Shown: positions 1 to 24,900 of the stretch, one piece after another | How positions within the stretch are numbered: the stretch's first letter is position 1 | Layout of the letters: each line of letters starts with the position of its first letter | From: Lingula anatina | Taxonomy: Eukaryota > Animalia > Brachiopoda | Length of the DNA: 64,000 nt | Direction: 5' to 3' | Assembly (NCBI GenBank): GCA_051362555.1 | Contig: CM120645.1 | Location: 15,128,001 to 15,192,000, forward strand | The notes under the pieces: model-generated | What the model was told of the DNA's origin: nothing | The model's database searches: none | The model's input: the letters and a program-made list of their open reading frames with translations, nothing else | Made by a program: the position numbers and the translations under genes

Positions 1-756
1 TCTCTAATCATCATACAATTATTATAATAATTTAGATAAGGGGTGAAGCATGCTGGAGATCCAAACAATCCCCTTTTCAAGTCTAAACCATGTGGACTTA
101 GTCAACATAGCTACTGCAATATGGGGTATGAAAAGCATGTAGGTTTGTGGTGGGGAGTAGAACTTTTACCTAGGTTCGATGCCATTATGATAGACTGCTT
201 TAAAGATCTTTTTTTAAAAAAATGTTGGCCTCAAGCGCTTGGATAATATCAAAAGTTAGTATACCAAATTGCTGTTTTTATGGTGTTTGTTGATGCTGTT
301 ATTGCTGAAGCTTTTAGTTTATGTTCTTATGAAGCAGCCTTTAAGCTTAGTGTATTGGGTATTTTGACTTGGTCCACATACTTTAATAGTGCTAGCATAG
401 GAACAAATGCTCCAAATTTTATGGAATAATATTGATGGTGTTTTGTAGAATTGGACGTTGTATTGCATGGCTACATGGTGATGTTGCTCTGTGTGGTATT
501 TATAGAGGTTTAGTTAAACCTTAATTTAGTGAAGGTGGTATGTTAAGTATACAGAATTATGTATATGTTGAAACATAAGTTGATGTAAAACAATATTATT
601 TACTAATAGAGTATATTGGCAAAGTGGTTCTACTTGTGAAATTAAATAATTAGTGCTATATTAAATATATATAGACATTTTTATTGTTATCTTTATTTTG
701 TAGTGTATACCTTTATAATTTTTTACTCTTTTTTAAATCTTTTAATCCCCACACAG

Positions 757-13124
<12,368 letters not shown>

Positions 13125-14544
13125 TTTTTAAAAAAAGGTAGCTATGTCAGCTGCTCTGTCTCTATCTCTCTCTCCTGGGACAACCTGAACACAGGAAGTG
13201 CATGGGTGTGAGAGTACTAGAGACTACTACCAATACTAACCAATCTAATTCTCATCGTCATTGTATCCAATGACAGCATGTGGTACAGAAGGACAACATG
13301 GTTGACCTGAGAAGAGATCCTAGTAACTTCACCCTCTCTGCAAAATATCTCACAATTCTGCTATTATTTTGATAACAGTCTAATTACTTAACAAAAATTC
13401 TCAGTCAAATGTAGAAATCTGTTATTAGAAATTGTTGTCTCTTGTCTTTTTGTCATTTGTAATTCTCTCACTCTCTTTCTGTATTGTTCATTGTGGTACC
13501 TGTATAAAGTTGTATATAGATATTTATATATTACAAGTACTAGTAACTATGCTGTAACCAATTGTTAATGATATAATTCCTTCTTATACAGTATTTTTCT
13601 AAACAGTATATTTATTACATACCCTCAAGCTGTATTGCACAATACCGTTACTTTCATAATAATATCTGGGACCTAGATGTAAAATATTTACTTTACCGAA
13701 ACCATGACAACTCAGATTCCCCCATTTTAGTTTTCCTTCTGTTTACACAGCACTCTAATTTTAAAAATTCCTTTGATTCTACTAAATCCTAACATTGCTT
13801 TTTATGTGTTTGATTCCATAATTTAGATATTTATTCATTTATTTTGCTTGATTCTAGCTAATTGTTTGTATTGAATGACTGTTGAAAGCTTGCATATTGC
13901 TGCACTCTGATTGATTGGCCTTTGTGTTTTAGTGGGCTGTTTGTGCCTCGCTGGCATTGGAATGCACTAACCATTCACAGTCACTTGTCATGTATATTAA
14001 CCAGGAATTTGTATTGCAGAACTTATTCAGAACTGAACCAGATGTATTGTAGTACTTTCTGAACTCAGTAGCAGTATTGAAAAGAATGCTTAGAATAGTG
14101 TTGAGCTTCAGTATAAACATAATTTGGAACTGGTTCAATGTTTTGTTTTTAGAAAAAGTCCAGTTTCGTTGAATAGTTCTTAAAATGTATGGTTACTGAA
14201 GCGAGAACTATTCAAATATACATTGGAAGATTCAAAACGTTATTTCAGTTGTCAGATTTGTTGGGATCCATGAAAATTGTAATAACACAGCTTATTTACA
14301 CTCATCACAAGTTGAAAAATGAAAAATTATTTTAAAGGAATTTCTCTCACTGACAACTGAAATAACTGTTGTGAATTTGGTACAGAATGGTGAAGAAAAA
14401 ACACATCACAACTTGTGATTCCCATGTTACTGGATGAGTTCTGCATATTGTGGCCAAATGGTGTAATCTCCTGCCTATAGTGTTGTCAGCACAATTATGA
14501 AGTAGACATTTTGTAAGCACCTTTAACATAGTGGTTTTTAACAC

Positions 14545-15225
14545 AGCAATGTCACGGTACTGCAAATGTCATGGTAATGTCATGGTATTTGGCTGGAATG
14601 TTCCTAGCGTTATGGCGTTACTATTGGTACAGTCATACCATGGCATTGCTATTGATGCAGTCATGCTACAGTGTTGCTGTTGGCTAAGTCAGGCTGTGGC
14701 ATTGCTGGCTTAGTCATGCTATAGCATTGCAATTGCTGCAGTCTTGTCATGACATTGTTGTTGGCTCAGTCATGCCATGATATTGCTGTTGGCTCAGTCA
14801 TGCCATGGTATTACTGCCAGCTCAGTTATGCCATGGTATTGCTGTTGGCTCAGTCATGCCATGGTATTACTGCCAGCTCAGTTATGCCATGGTATTGCTG
14901 TTGGCTTAGTCATGCCATGGTATTGCTGTTGGCTATTTTATGCCATGGAATTACTGCCAGCTCAGTCATTCCATGGCATTGCTGTTGGCTCAGTCATGCC
15001 ATGGTATTACTGCCAGCTCAGTTATATGCCATGGTATTGCTGTTGGCTCGGTCATGTCATGGTATTGCTGTTGGCTCGGTCATGTCATGGTATTGCTGTT
15101 GGCTATGTTATGCCATGGTATTACTGCCAGCTCAGTTATGCCATGGCATTGCTGTTGGCTCAGTCATGCCATGGTATTACTGCCGGCACCAGCATGCAGT
15201 GGCATAGCTGGCATTCCATGCTGTT
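14545..15225. repeat. 28-bp minisatellite (GCCATGGTATTGCTGTTGGCTCAGTCAT alternating with GCCATGGTATTACTGCCAGCTCAGTTAT)
   Basis: Tandem units clean over about 14745-15190 and degenerate at the flanks; explains the repetitive ORFs here. Confidence 0.92.
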
Positions 15226-15282
15226 GTCTTCACACAGTGTCTTGCAGCATCTGATTCTGTTTTATTTTCTCTTTGATTTCAG

Positions 15283-15450
15283 ATGCGTGTCGTCAACGCT
15301 TTCCGCGTTCCTGCCGACACTTCGCAACCTTCTATTCTGTTAAAACCAGCGTACCGGAAACAAACCTCGCGGTCAATGTCTGTAGATGGCCCTGGAGGGG
15401 CCACTTTCTCAAGTAACGTGAAAACAGCGCAGGGTGAAACCGCCTTATGA
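15283..15450 (+). CDS. ATP2B: PMCA alternative terminal exon 2 (MRVVNAFRVPADTSQPSILLKPAYRKQTSRSMSVDGPGGATFSSNVKTAQGETAL*), 55 aa
   Basis: Strong acceptor ttttctctttgatttcag, phase 0. Begins with a PMCA b-type xRVVNAFR half of the CaM-binding site and ends in the PDZ motif ETAL. Below the ORF-track size cutoff. Confidence 0.88.
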   Translation: MRVVNAFRVPADTSQPSILLKPAYRKQTSRSMSVDGPGGATFSSNVKTAQGETAL

Positions 15451-18400
15451 GGGCAGCCTCCTTGTGTAGAGTACAAGTGATAACTTATTAGATCCCCTTT
15501 AAATCTTAGTGCTGAGTTTTTACGGGGCTTTGTGAAAGAATTTGAAGTTTGCAAAAAACCCAAGCACAAAATTATTACTGAATTGCATCTGAATTTGATC
15601 ATTTGAGTTTTAAATTGATTTTAGTTATTTGGTATGAGTCCCATACCTTTGTAAGTATTCACTGGTGTACATTGCCAGATACGTGGGACTGAGTGAATGA
15701 AACAATTAGCACTATTCAGTGTAAATATGTACCTGGGCTGTTGACTGCTTGAATTGAGACACAATTTAATTTATTAAAGAGGCCATTCTCGCAATGTTGT
15801 AGATTGCATGCAGTGAAACCCTGCTTCATTATTGATGTTGCTTTTTTTTCTTTCCTTCCTTATTTATAGCCCATATTTCTAAGAACCTGAGTTAAATGCT
15901 TGTACATTTGCAAGTCATTTTTGAATATTTTGTTTTCTGGTCATTGTCAGATTTAATGGCATTAGTTCTTTAAAAAGGAAAGTGTAGTCTTTAAAAACAT
16001 TGAGAAGGTTAAGAATAATCCAGTGTTTTTTTTTTATTTGTGAACATATTAAGTTTTTTTTTTTAAATTCTGATTTAAAAATGTGAGAATTAAAAATTTG
16101 ATCAAATGTTGGTTCACACCATAGTAAATAATATTTGTATAGCTAAGGGTTGGTTGATATAACTGTTTTAGTTAGCTAGAGTTGATGCAGTATTGAACCA
16201 GAGGGAAGGCCTCTTCTGCTCTTCCTTCTTATATTGATGCAAATGCCTATGCTAATACACCCTTGTTATTAAGACGATATAAACCAGGTGTAAGATAGGT
16301 TTGAAAAGTTTGAATGTTTGCTGTGTTTTTTTCCTCCATGCGTGCCGAGACCTCAGGAGGTTGGTCTTATACATGTCTCTTTTTTTTTTTTATAACCCTG
16401 TTAAAAATGGAATTTGAATGTGTTTGTTGATCTTTCCTTTTTAAGAAGAAAATTACACCTCTCTACTTTCTCTCTCTCTTTCTGTCACAAGTAAAGTAAG
16501 GAAACATTTTACATCAGTCCCGAAGTTGTGCACCTATTACGGTGTGCAATTGTTATCTTATTGTAGCTAGCAGATGGTGATTTCTTCTTGTAAATAATTG
16601 AGTGTTTTTATAAGCCAACTAAATATGTTAACATAACAAACCCATGTAATTAAAAAGTTGACATGTTTAATGTGTATAAAGAATAGGATGGGAAGGGGTT
16701 ATGCAGGATTTGACCCCATTGTTATAAATGTCTGTCATTTTCGATTGTTTCATCTTAGTGATCTAGTTTGGAAACATAAGTTATAAAAGAAAAGGGTTTT
16801 ATTGATTTTCTGTTTGGTTTGTAGCAGTTAAACTCATCAATTTTTGTTTATCTTGAAACAATCATTTATTGGAAAAAAAAGCTTTGATAAAATGTTTGTC
16901 ATGATTTTTAATTTATAGTTATTATTATTAGACTGTTGTCTAGAAAAAATGTTTAGAATTATCACATTCATATGAAAGTTGCACACACCACCTTTGCAAA
17001 ACTCAATATTTACTTGAACAATACATTTCAAGTGCATTGAAATAATACTTATATAAAAATAAAAAACATTTTTTGCTCTGAAAGGTAACAACAGCCAAAA
17101 ATAATTGCATGAGCACTGCTTTTCAAGAAACAGTTAAATCTTTAAGGAGTCAAATTTTCTTCTATTGGAAATCAGGGAAGGGAGGGGGAGTTTCAGTACA
17201 GCTTATGATTTTAGGATTTAATTTCCATTTCTTTTCACCTTTCCTGCATGTCCCCTTATGTCCATGCTGTTGCAGACATTGGTGTTCCTGTTACATTTTT
17301 TTCTATGGTAAATGTGTAATTGATATCCCTAGATATCTGGTATAAATAATATAGAATTAGTTTGAACTCGAAACATAAAATGAGAATAACTTGACAGATA
17401 AGGACACTCAGGTCCTTTATATTGGAGTGGAAAAAAGTAACATAAAGTAACGTAAGAGGAATTGTAGTATCAAAGAGGTCATATAGTTGGTTGTGGGTAT
17501 TTGTAAAGTATATGCCATAGTTTGTAGGGCTACCATATCAGTTGGTTCATCTTGGACTCCAGTAGTACCCCTATTTTGAAGTTTTATACAAGTTCTACCT
17601 GTCTAGCTTTGTAAATACTACAGGGGATTTTAAACAAGTGTAGGACTTTTTGATCTTGGTGTAATAAATGAGTAATTTTTGTGTGATGTGTACACTTCTT
17701 TTTGTAATCTACACCAGACCTTCTTGTTAACATATTACAATGTTTATTATTATTATTATTACTTGATCGTTCAGTGTTTTATTGTTAGGAAAATCCACCA
17801 TAGGATTGTTGATTAGCAATGGTATTAAAGCTTTAGAGACTTTTCTTATCAGTTCATGTGAAGTGTGCATTATGTGAGTTAGGCCAAAGATAATAATCTT
17901 TTCATTTTAATGTGAAAATTATTTCTGCCCCTCATTCTTCTGCCAGGCATTTTACCAGTTACTAGCTTGTGTGTTGCACACTCACAAAATGGTGAGAAAC
18001 ATCTGTTTTGAAGACCAGTTCCTGCTTCATCTTGGTTTCACCCCCAAGTTTCAGAAGTCTTCGGAACATTGCACTCTATCAGCATATCCACCTGCAGTTT
18101 CCAAGTCACTGTGAATTCTAGACACAAGGGTTTGGTATGCTGATAACCGAGGCGAGTATTCCATTACCTCTAAAAGAGGCATTGTCCAACTCAAATTTGC
18201 TTTATAAAAAAAAAAAAATGAAATTAACATTTATAAGGGGTGGGGACTGGTCCCAAGGCACAGATGGTTTTCCAACTTCTTTACAATTTTTCCTTTAGAA
18301 GGTTCTAATTTGATAGTTTCTCCATTGTGGTTGAACCCTAGACTTGAAGTAGAAATAATTGTAAGCTGGTTTACTTATAGGAAAGAATAAAAACAATCCA

Positions 18401-18571
18401 GCATTTTTACAAGTGAAGAAAAGCACCAGTGGATTTCAGTCCCGTTTTGGGTTTTGCTTGCATAACTTTTTATAAAAGTTTGTTCCAGATGTGTAGCTCA
18501 GGTCAAAATGTGGACTAGAACATTGGTATTATTACTATGACATGTTGAATGTACACCACATCAAATAGTGT

Positions 18572-18611
18572 AATAAATGAATTTTTAAAAACAGATCATT
18601 TTCTTTTTATT
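18572..18611. terminator. Opposed polyadenylation signals: AATAAA (+, 18572-18577) and AATAAA (-, 18606-18611)
   Basis: Both hexamers are present at the point where T/G-rich + strand sequence switches to A/C-rich, between the convergent PMCA and TBC1D22 genes. Confidence 0.5.
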
Positions 18612-19956
18612 TTGTTCATTCAACTTGTACAAAGAAGATATATCAATCATATCATGACCCTCTGATGGAAGAAATGCATACCCAAGAAGTTGATAGAATC
18701 ATTACTAATACAAGCAGCAAATTAAACTTAGCAGCAAATTAATTTCTGAAGTTGTCTACTCTTGCTTTCACTGGTCTTGTATCATTTTTAACTGAAGTTT
18801 ACACCATCAGACTAACAGGATGTCAGAAAATCTCCAAAGTAAAATATCTAACCCAGATCTTACAAAATTGCAGCAATTGGTTCTTGCAGACATCCATCAT
18901 TGCATGAAATTTCATTTAGTTTAAAATTGCACCTCAAGACACTTAGAAATTACTTTTAAGGGAATACTGCATGTTGATCAATCTAATTTTAATTTCCATA
19001 GGTCTGTTCATGGCATTTGGGTGGAAAATAACACAGAAATGGAACTTAATTTTCTGAGCTCCTCCTGTTCAACAATGTTCTGTTACTAACTGCCTACTAC
19101 ACTATCAAGTTACAGTATACATACAAACCAAGTTTAGTATAGTATGGTTCTGATTGCATCCTTGAAAACAAAATTTTGAGTAGCAATGGCCTGTTATTTA
19201 TTTGTAAGACCCCGACATGCCTCTGAAATATAAGTACAAGGTTGTTTTAGAAGAAAAAGGAGGCTTACTCCCACTCACTGCCTCCTTTATTGTACAGAAA
19301 GAAAAAATAAACTGTTCTGTTTCTATTCATTAGCAGTTCTAACAAATGATTTCATTACAAAACATCATGAACATGTCAAAGGCACTAACTAATAACAATT
19401 CCAATTCATCATTGCACCAAGTGTTTCACATCCTCAAATACGAGAAGTCCCCTCAACCTGTGCCAAGCTTTAGTTTCAAAAATGACAAAATAATTATTCT
19501 CTCGCTCTTCTCACCCCTCCTCCATTTCTTAGCTAGTTTTAGTCAAAAGCAAACAAATATTTTACTGATGCAAATTTTGCATAACACAGGTTCTTAAATT
19601 GAATTAAGAACCAATTCTAGATCAATATATCATGGCCTTTGAGTATATGTAATGGGTTTTAATGACGATTTCAATCAATTTTACCATCAATATTTTGGAT
19701 GAACATGACATTTATCTCAAGTCAATCATTTTTTTTTTTTTTTTTTTTGCACATTTCACAAACTTCTGCTGCAGGTCTCCAACAGTTTTTGCATCTTGGT
19801 TCAAATTCCTTCGCTTTAAAATACACCAGACTTTTTAAGTCAGGGTAATTTTATTTCTCATCAAGAAAATGGGCTGCACCGTAAGGCAGCACATTAGGAT
19901 AGCTTCTGTTTTATCAGTAATAATTGCCAGTCCCCTCAGTAACAAATATTATTTTT

Positions 19957-21403
19957 AAACTAGAGGATCAGAGAGGCGATACCGCCTCCTGATATTGTAC
20001 CACCAGCTGGGGTAAGCGCATTTGTATGGGAAAGAAAAAGAAAGTGGGGCCCCACCTGTATGGTTGTGGGTGACAAGCTGCAGGAAATGTAGTAAACAAG
20101 GTGTTTTTTTTTTTTATTTTCTGTTTTGGCATCTAATGGCTGCTTTTCCCATGAAAATGCACCGATTGACCCCGAACTTCCACACATTAAAGCAGTCTGC
20201 AATTGTAACCCCTCAGTATAATATGAGAGCTAAGGTCTGCTTAGTTTCTGAACATTGGCACAAACAAATATCTTTTTGCAGAAATTCCCTTTTTTGCGAT
20301 CTAGGAGGATAATTGGTAATGGTGCCTTTTATCCCACGCCACCCTGCGGAGCCGTACGATATGGGTTAGTACTAAAACCACGAATACCCCCAGCTTACAC
20401 ACTGGTGGTACTAACTATGGGCATATCTTTGCCAGTTTTGAAAGTATAAGCACTGAAAAAAGTTGCAAAGTTCAGTCCATGGTGAAAAGTAGGTCAAAGG
20501 TCAATTTCAAGGTCACAGTTAAATTGCCAGTATATGACTTCCTATTCAACTTCAATAGTAACTATTGACCCAACTCTTCTAGTTTTGGAGATATAAGAGA
20601 CTAAAAATTTTCAAACTTCAGTTAATGGTGAAAAGTAGGAATGTACTTTTTGATACAGCATAACTCGTGAACCATATGGAAAACAAAAAAACGGAGACCA
20701 CCCTCAGTGTTGGGCTTGACATGCTCTATCAAATGCAAAAAACAAGAGGTCTCTAGCATTAACGACTCCAGAATTAGAGAGAGTTTTATGTTTCAGCATC
20801 TAATGGCCGCTGCTCCCATGAAAATGCATCGATTGACTCAAAACTCACAGAGATGAAAGATAACCTGAAGGGTAACAACTACCAAAAATATTAGAGGTTA
20901 GGTCTGCGTAGTTTCTGAATATCAGCACAAATAATTTTTTTTTCGTAAAAAATTCCCTTTTTTTGAAAATTTTGGCCTGTTTGACCTTGAAATAAAGGTC
21001 AAAGGTCAAATCCAAGGGCATATTTGGAATCCTCATATGTGACTTTCGGTCAGACTTCTATATTAATTTTTCCCATAATTCCTTCAGTTTGGGAGATATA
21101 TAGCATTGAATTTTCAAAAATTCTGACTAGGGTGCATTTCAACGAGCGTCATGCCCAGGCAATTGCACCGATCGAGACAAAAAAACCAGGGGGTTCAAGT
21201 TGAGATTATATGTGACCTAAATCCAAGAGATGGGGACACAAGCCCATGCAGTCTAGGAGGAGAAGCGGTAACGGTGACTTGTATCCCACGCCACCCTGCA
21301 GAGCCGGCGGAGCTCACGGAGCCGGCGGAGCTTACGGAGCCGTACGATACGGGTCGGGACTAAAACCATGAGTACCGCCAGCGTACACGCTGGTGGTACT
21401 AAT
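19957..21403 (+). mobile_element. Second HINE/DINE-1-like non-autonomous element family, downstream of the TBC1D22 stop codon
   Basis: Starts AAACTAG. Subterminal GTACCACCAGC (19997-20007) is inverted relative to the right arm of the 3' hairpin AGTACCGCCAGCGT-AC-ACGCTGGTGGTACT (21371-21400). Short CGGAGC repeats precede the hairpin; an internal duplicate 3' end lies at ~20330-20415. Confidence 0.75.
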
Positions 21404-21934
21404 AATGCATGATCGTATTCAACTTTCCTCTCCAAATTTAGTTAATACTTCAACTTATACCTCCACATTTCACAACATCATCAAATCAAAACTTGAGTGA
21501 AATTTCTCTTGGATGTTCAGTTTATCAATCAATCAACCCATAAAATAGGATTATAATGAGTTGCCAGTTTTACAGCAACTGTTGTGTTGAAATGTGAATC
21601 AAACAAAATGCATATGGAAAGTTTCATGCTGTTAATCTTCCACAGTGTACCCCCATTTGCTTCAGGCTTGTCAAGGACAGGGCAATTACACAAGGCATTT
21701 AACACTATGGTCATATCAACTGGTGTACTTGAATAAATTGCTTGGTAAATAAGTCGACTTCTTTATCTCGTGCAGTAACTCATAATTCCTTACTGCCGAA
21801 ATAGCTTCAAAATTCTGCCTTCCTCACATTCCCCGGTCAACTTGGTCCGATCCAAGCAAACCATTTAATAGTGTGTAAATGCGGCATAAAATCCCTCAAT
21901 TTCAAACAGGACATTTGTCCTCGCTATCATTTGG

Positions 21935-24900
21935 TCATTGTTTTCTCAAATGTTGCGGAGCATCAGCAAACATGTATTTGAGTTTATAGGCCTCTGCAAG
22001 TAGCAGTCCAATGTCTTGGTTTTGCCAGTGATGGGTGGGCAAATTCTGAAGAAACATCATTATACCCTGAAAAAGCAAAGGCGGGCCACTGTTGATTATT
22101 TGTTTGTTTACAAGACTTCATATTTGAGATAATATTTAAGCTGCTACAAATACAACACCTTAAAGAGAAAAGAGGAAGAGATGGGTGGAAGGGGTGTTTA
22201 GCCCTTTCATACATCATATAACTGTGCTCACCTGAAAATCTTTTTCACTTTTGATTTCCTGGGAGAACCTGCATATGAGTGCTGCACACACATACAAGTG
22301 GAAGGCAGAAAATCCTTCTGGCTCAGCCTGGGAACATAGAATACATGATAAATGAAACTATTCCCTTATTGAAAAAAACATGCATAGCTAATGATTAAAT
22401 TGTCCAACACAGAATACATGACATTCATCTCAATAAATACTGATTCATGCAAATAGTCCTGTTATAAATAGAGGCCAATTGTTCTCTTTTGTGACAGCAG
22501 CATGAAAGCTTATAACCCAAATATTAATATATTGGAACAAGCAGGTGCTGACCCCAGGTGACATTTTTTTTCAAAATGGCCATCAAAAACATATCTGGAG
22601 ATACAAAATAGGAACTGTGCTGTCTACTATAAATTTGGTGTTTCACAGTTCCAGCCATTTTAAATGGTCAAATTTTAATTCGTTATATCACATAGACATA
22701 TTCATTTGCGTTACTTCACTCTAAATGGTGTCTTAATTTGTGACATTCATAAATTTCCCATTCCACAAAAAAACACACTGCAGATAATTTTAATCTAACC
22801 AATGACAACTATTACAGTAATAAACAATAAGACTTATTTCCAGGAAAATAAATGCAATGTTACCAACTCACCAGATACGTATCCCACAGTCGTATAATAC
22901 AGCGGAGTGGCATCTCCCTCATCAGAAGATTGTTCATCCAGCGAAATGCAAACTGCAGGTATTCCACATGGTTGTTCATTAAGTGAGCATGCAGGGGAGC
23001 TGGAATTGAGGTGGAAAGAAATGTTTATGTCGATTTTATTTTATTTTGAGCAGAGGATCTAAGATCAAAGTGGAAAGAAATATTAATGTCAACATAAACA
23101 TAATCTTCATCTTTGAGAAAAATACTTAATAATATAACTTTCCACAAGAGAAGTCAGCTCTAAGAGATATTTCTACTATGCTTGTAAATAGCAATAGATG
23201 AACAGGTTATTGCTTTATTTTCATTTAAGTCTCTCGCAGCAAAACTTACAAAAATATGTCAGAGATATGATTCACTTTATGGCATAACTGTACATATCAA
23301 TTGCAGCATCATTTTAAGTAAGTCACACACTGAAATAAACACGAAGATCTATTTAACAGTAACATTTCAAAATAAGAAGAGCCACCAGTCCTCTTTAAGA
23401 ACAAGCCATTTTACCATCTATCCTCTTAATCAGCTCCTGTAATCTGTTCACTTTGAGTTGTATTCCTGGCTGGGCAAAGGTGTAGCAGTCCTGGATGCCA
23501 TCTAACAGCTTGGACATACACCAGAAACTGTCTGCCTCAATCTCCTCCAGTTTCTCCTTTGGCAACTCATTCAAATCTGCGTTCTCTGTTTCTATATCTG
23601 AAGTCACAGGAGGATTAAGGATCATTTTAAAAGGTAATTGAAAAGATAAGTAGCTTTGCAGGATGTGAAGACAGAGATATGGCTCACAGAACATTTTCAA
23701 ACGGAGAAAGTAAAATGCTTTTAATTTTCTTACTTATGCCAAATCTGACAAAAAGTGGCTTTTTTTTTTTCAATTTCAATTTTTTACATTCTGTGTGTTA
23801 TCCCAATACTCACCATTCTCTATCCATTCTGTTAGAAATACAACAAAGAAGGGGGTTACCAGATCATTCATTCCTTGCACATAGCCACTAGCTGGGTGCC
23901 TGATAGCCCAGATAAATAACACACGCTCAAATATCTGGAACAAACAAAAACATCATCTATCATAACAATAACAGTAATAGCGTCATTTTTCATGTTGAAA
24001 GAATGCCAAGTTTAAATTATAAAAATAAAATTATACTGCACAGACATGGCAACCTTGTTACTTTTCATGAAAGTTGTGTCCTAAATAAGTGAATATTGTT
24101 CTTATGTTTGGAAAATTTCAGACTAAATTTTAAACTATTACAAGGTCCACAGAGGTTAACTCAAGGTTATGATAAAAATGTAAAAAATATATATTAAGAT
24201 TTTTTCTTAGTCTTATGACAACAAAATAAAGCTACTTAACGCATGTTTAAAGATATCAAGAAAGATAATCAAAAGCAAGAGGAATCGGAAACAAACATTT
24301 GTGGTAAGAAAAAGAGCTGGGAAGGTAAACTCAATTTTTAAGGTTAAAAATTAATTCAAAAGCAAATTCAAGTATTATGGAGTTATTCAATAATATTTCT
24401 ACAAATTACAATCCCAAGTAAGGCATCCACAAGATAGTTCCATGGAATAAGTTTTAATTCTCTTTGGAACATTTTTTTAAATCTATTTATATATATAGTT
24501 TTTCCCATGTGATTTTAATTTTAATTAAAATATCTCTTTTGTAATAGTTAGAAAGTGTTCAACACCAATTACCAGTGATAAAGAAGAAATGGATTTTCTA
24601 AAACCAAATATCCCAAGTTTACTTTCCAGCACAAATTTTTCAGCTTTTCCAGAAGAGTTGAGGGATCCCTAATATTTAGGCTTATTGTCATTTGATCAAG
24701 TAAAAAAAATTAAATTTGTTATCAATTTTGACAAAACATCATTCAGTAAAGATGCTGCTGAAAGCAAACATTCTTACCAAAAAACTATCAGCAACTGCTC
24801 TTATAAAGAGCAAAATTAAGAACACTCCAGCTTTTGAAAATTGAAGCGAGTAAAATCTACAGTGCTGCCACCTACAACTGAAAGTCTTGAACGTGAAATG

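Noticed and set aside
449-477. Possible PMCA site-A microexon after ttttgtag
   Set aside because: 29 nt with a weak donor, and its phase does not fit the phase-1 acceptor at 757
14531-15343. Overlapping Cys/Trp-rich ORFs up to 188 aa
   Set aside because: Artefact of the stop-poor 28-bp minisatellite, which is open in several frames
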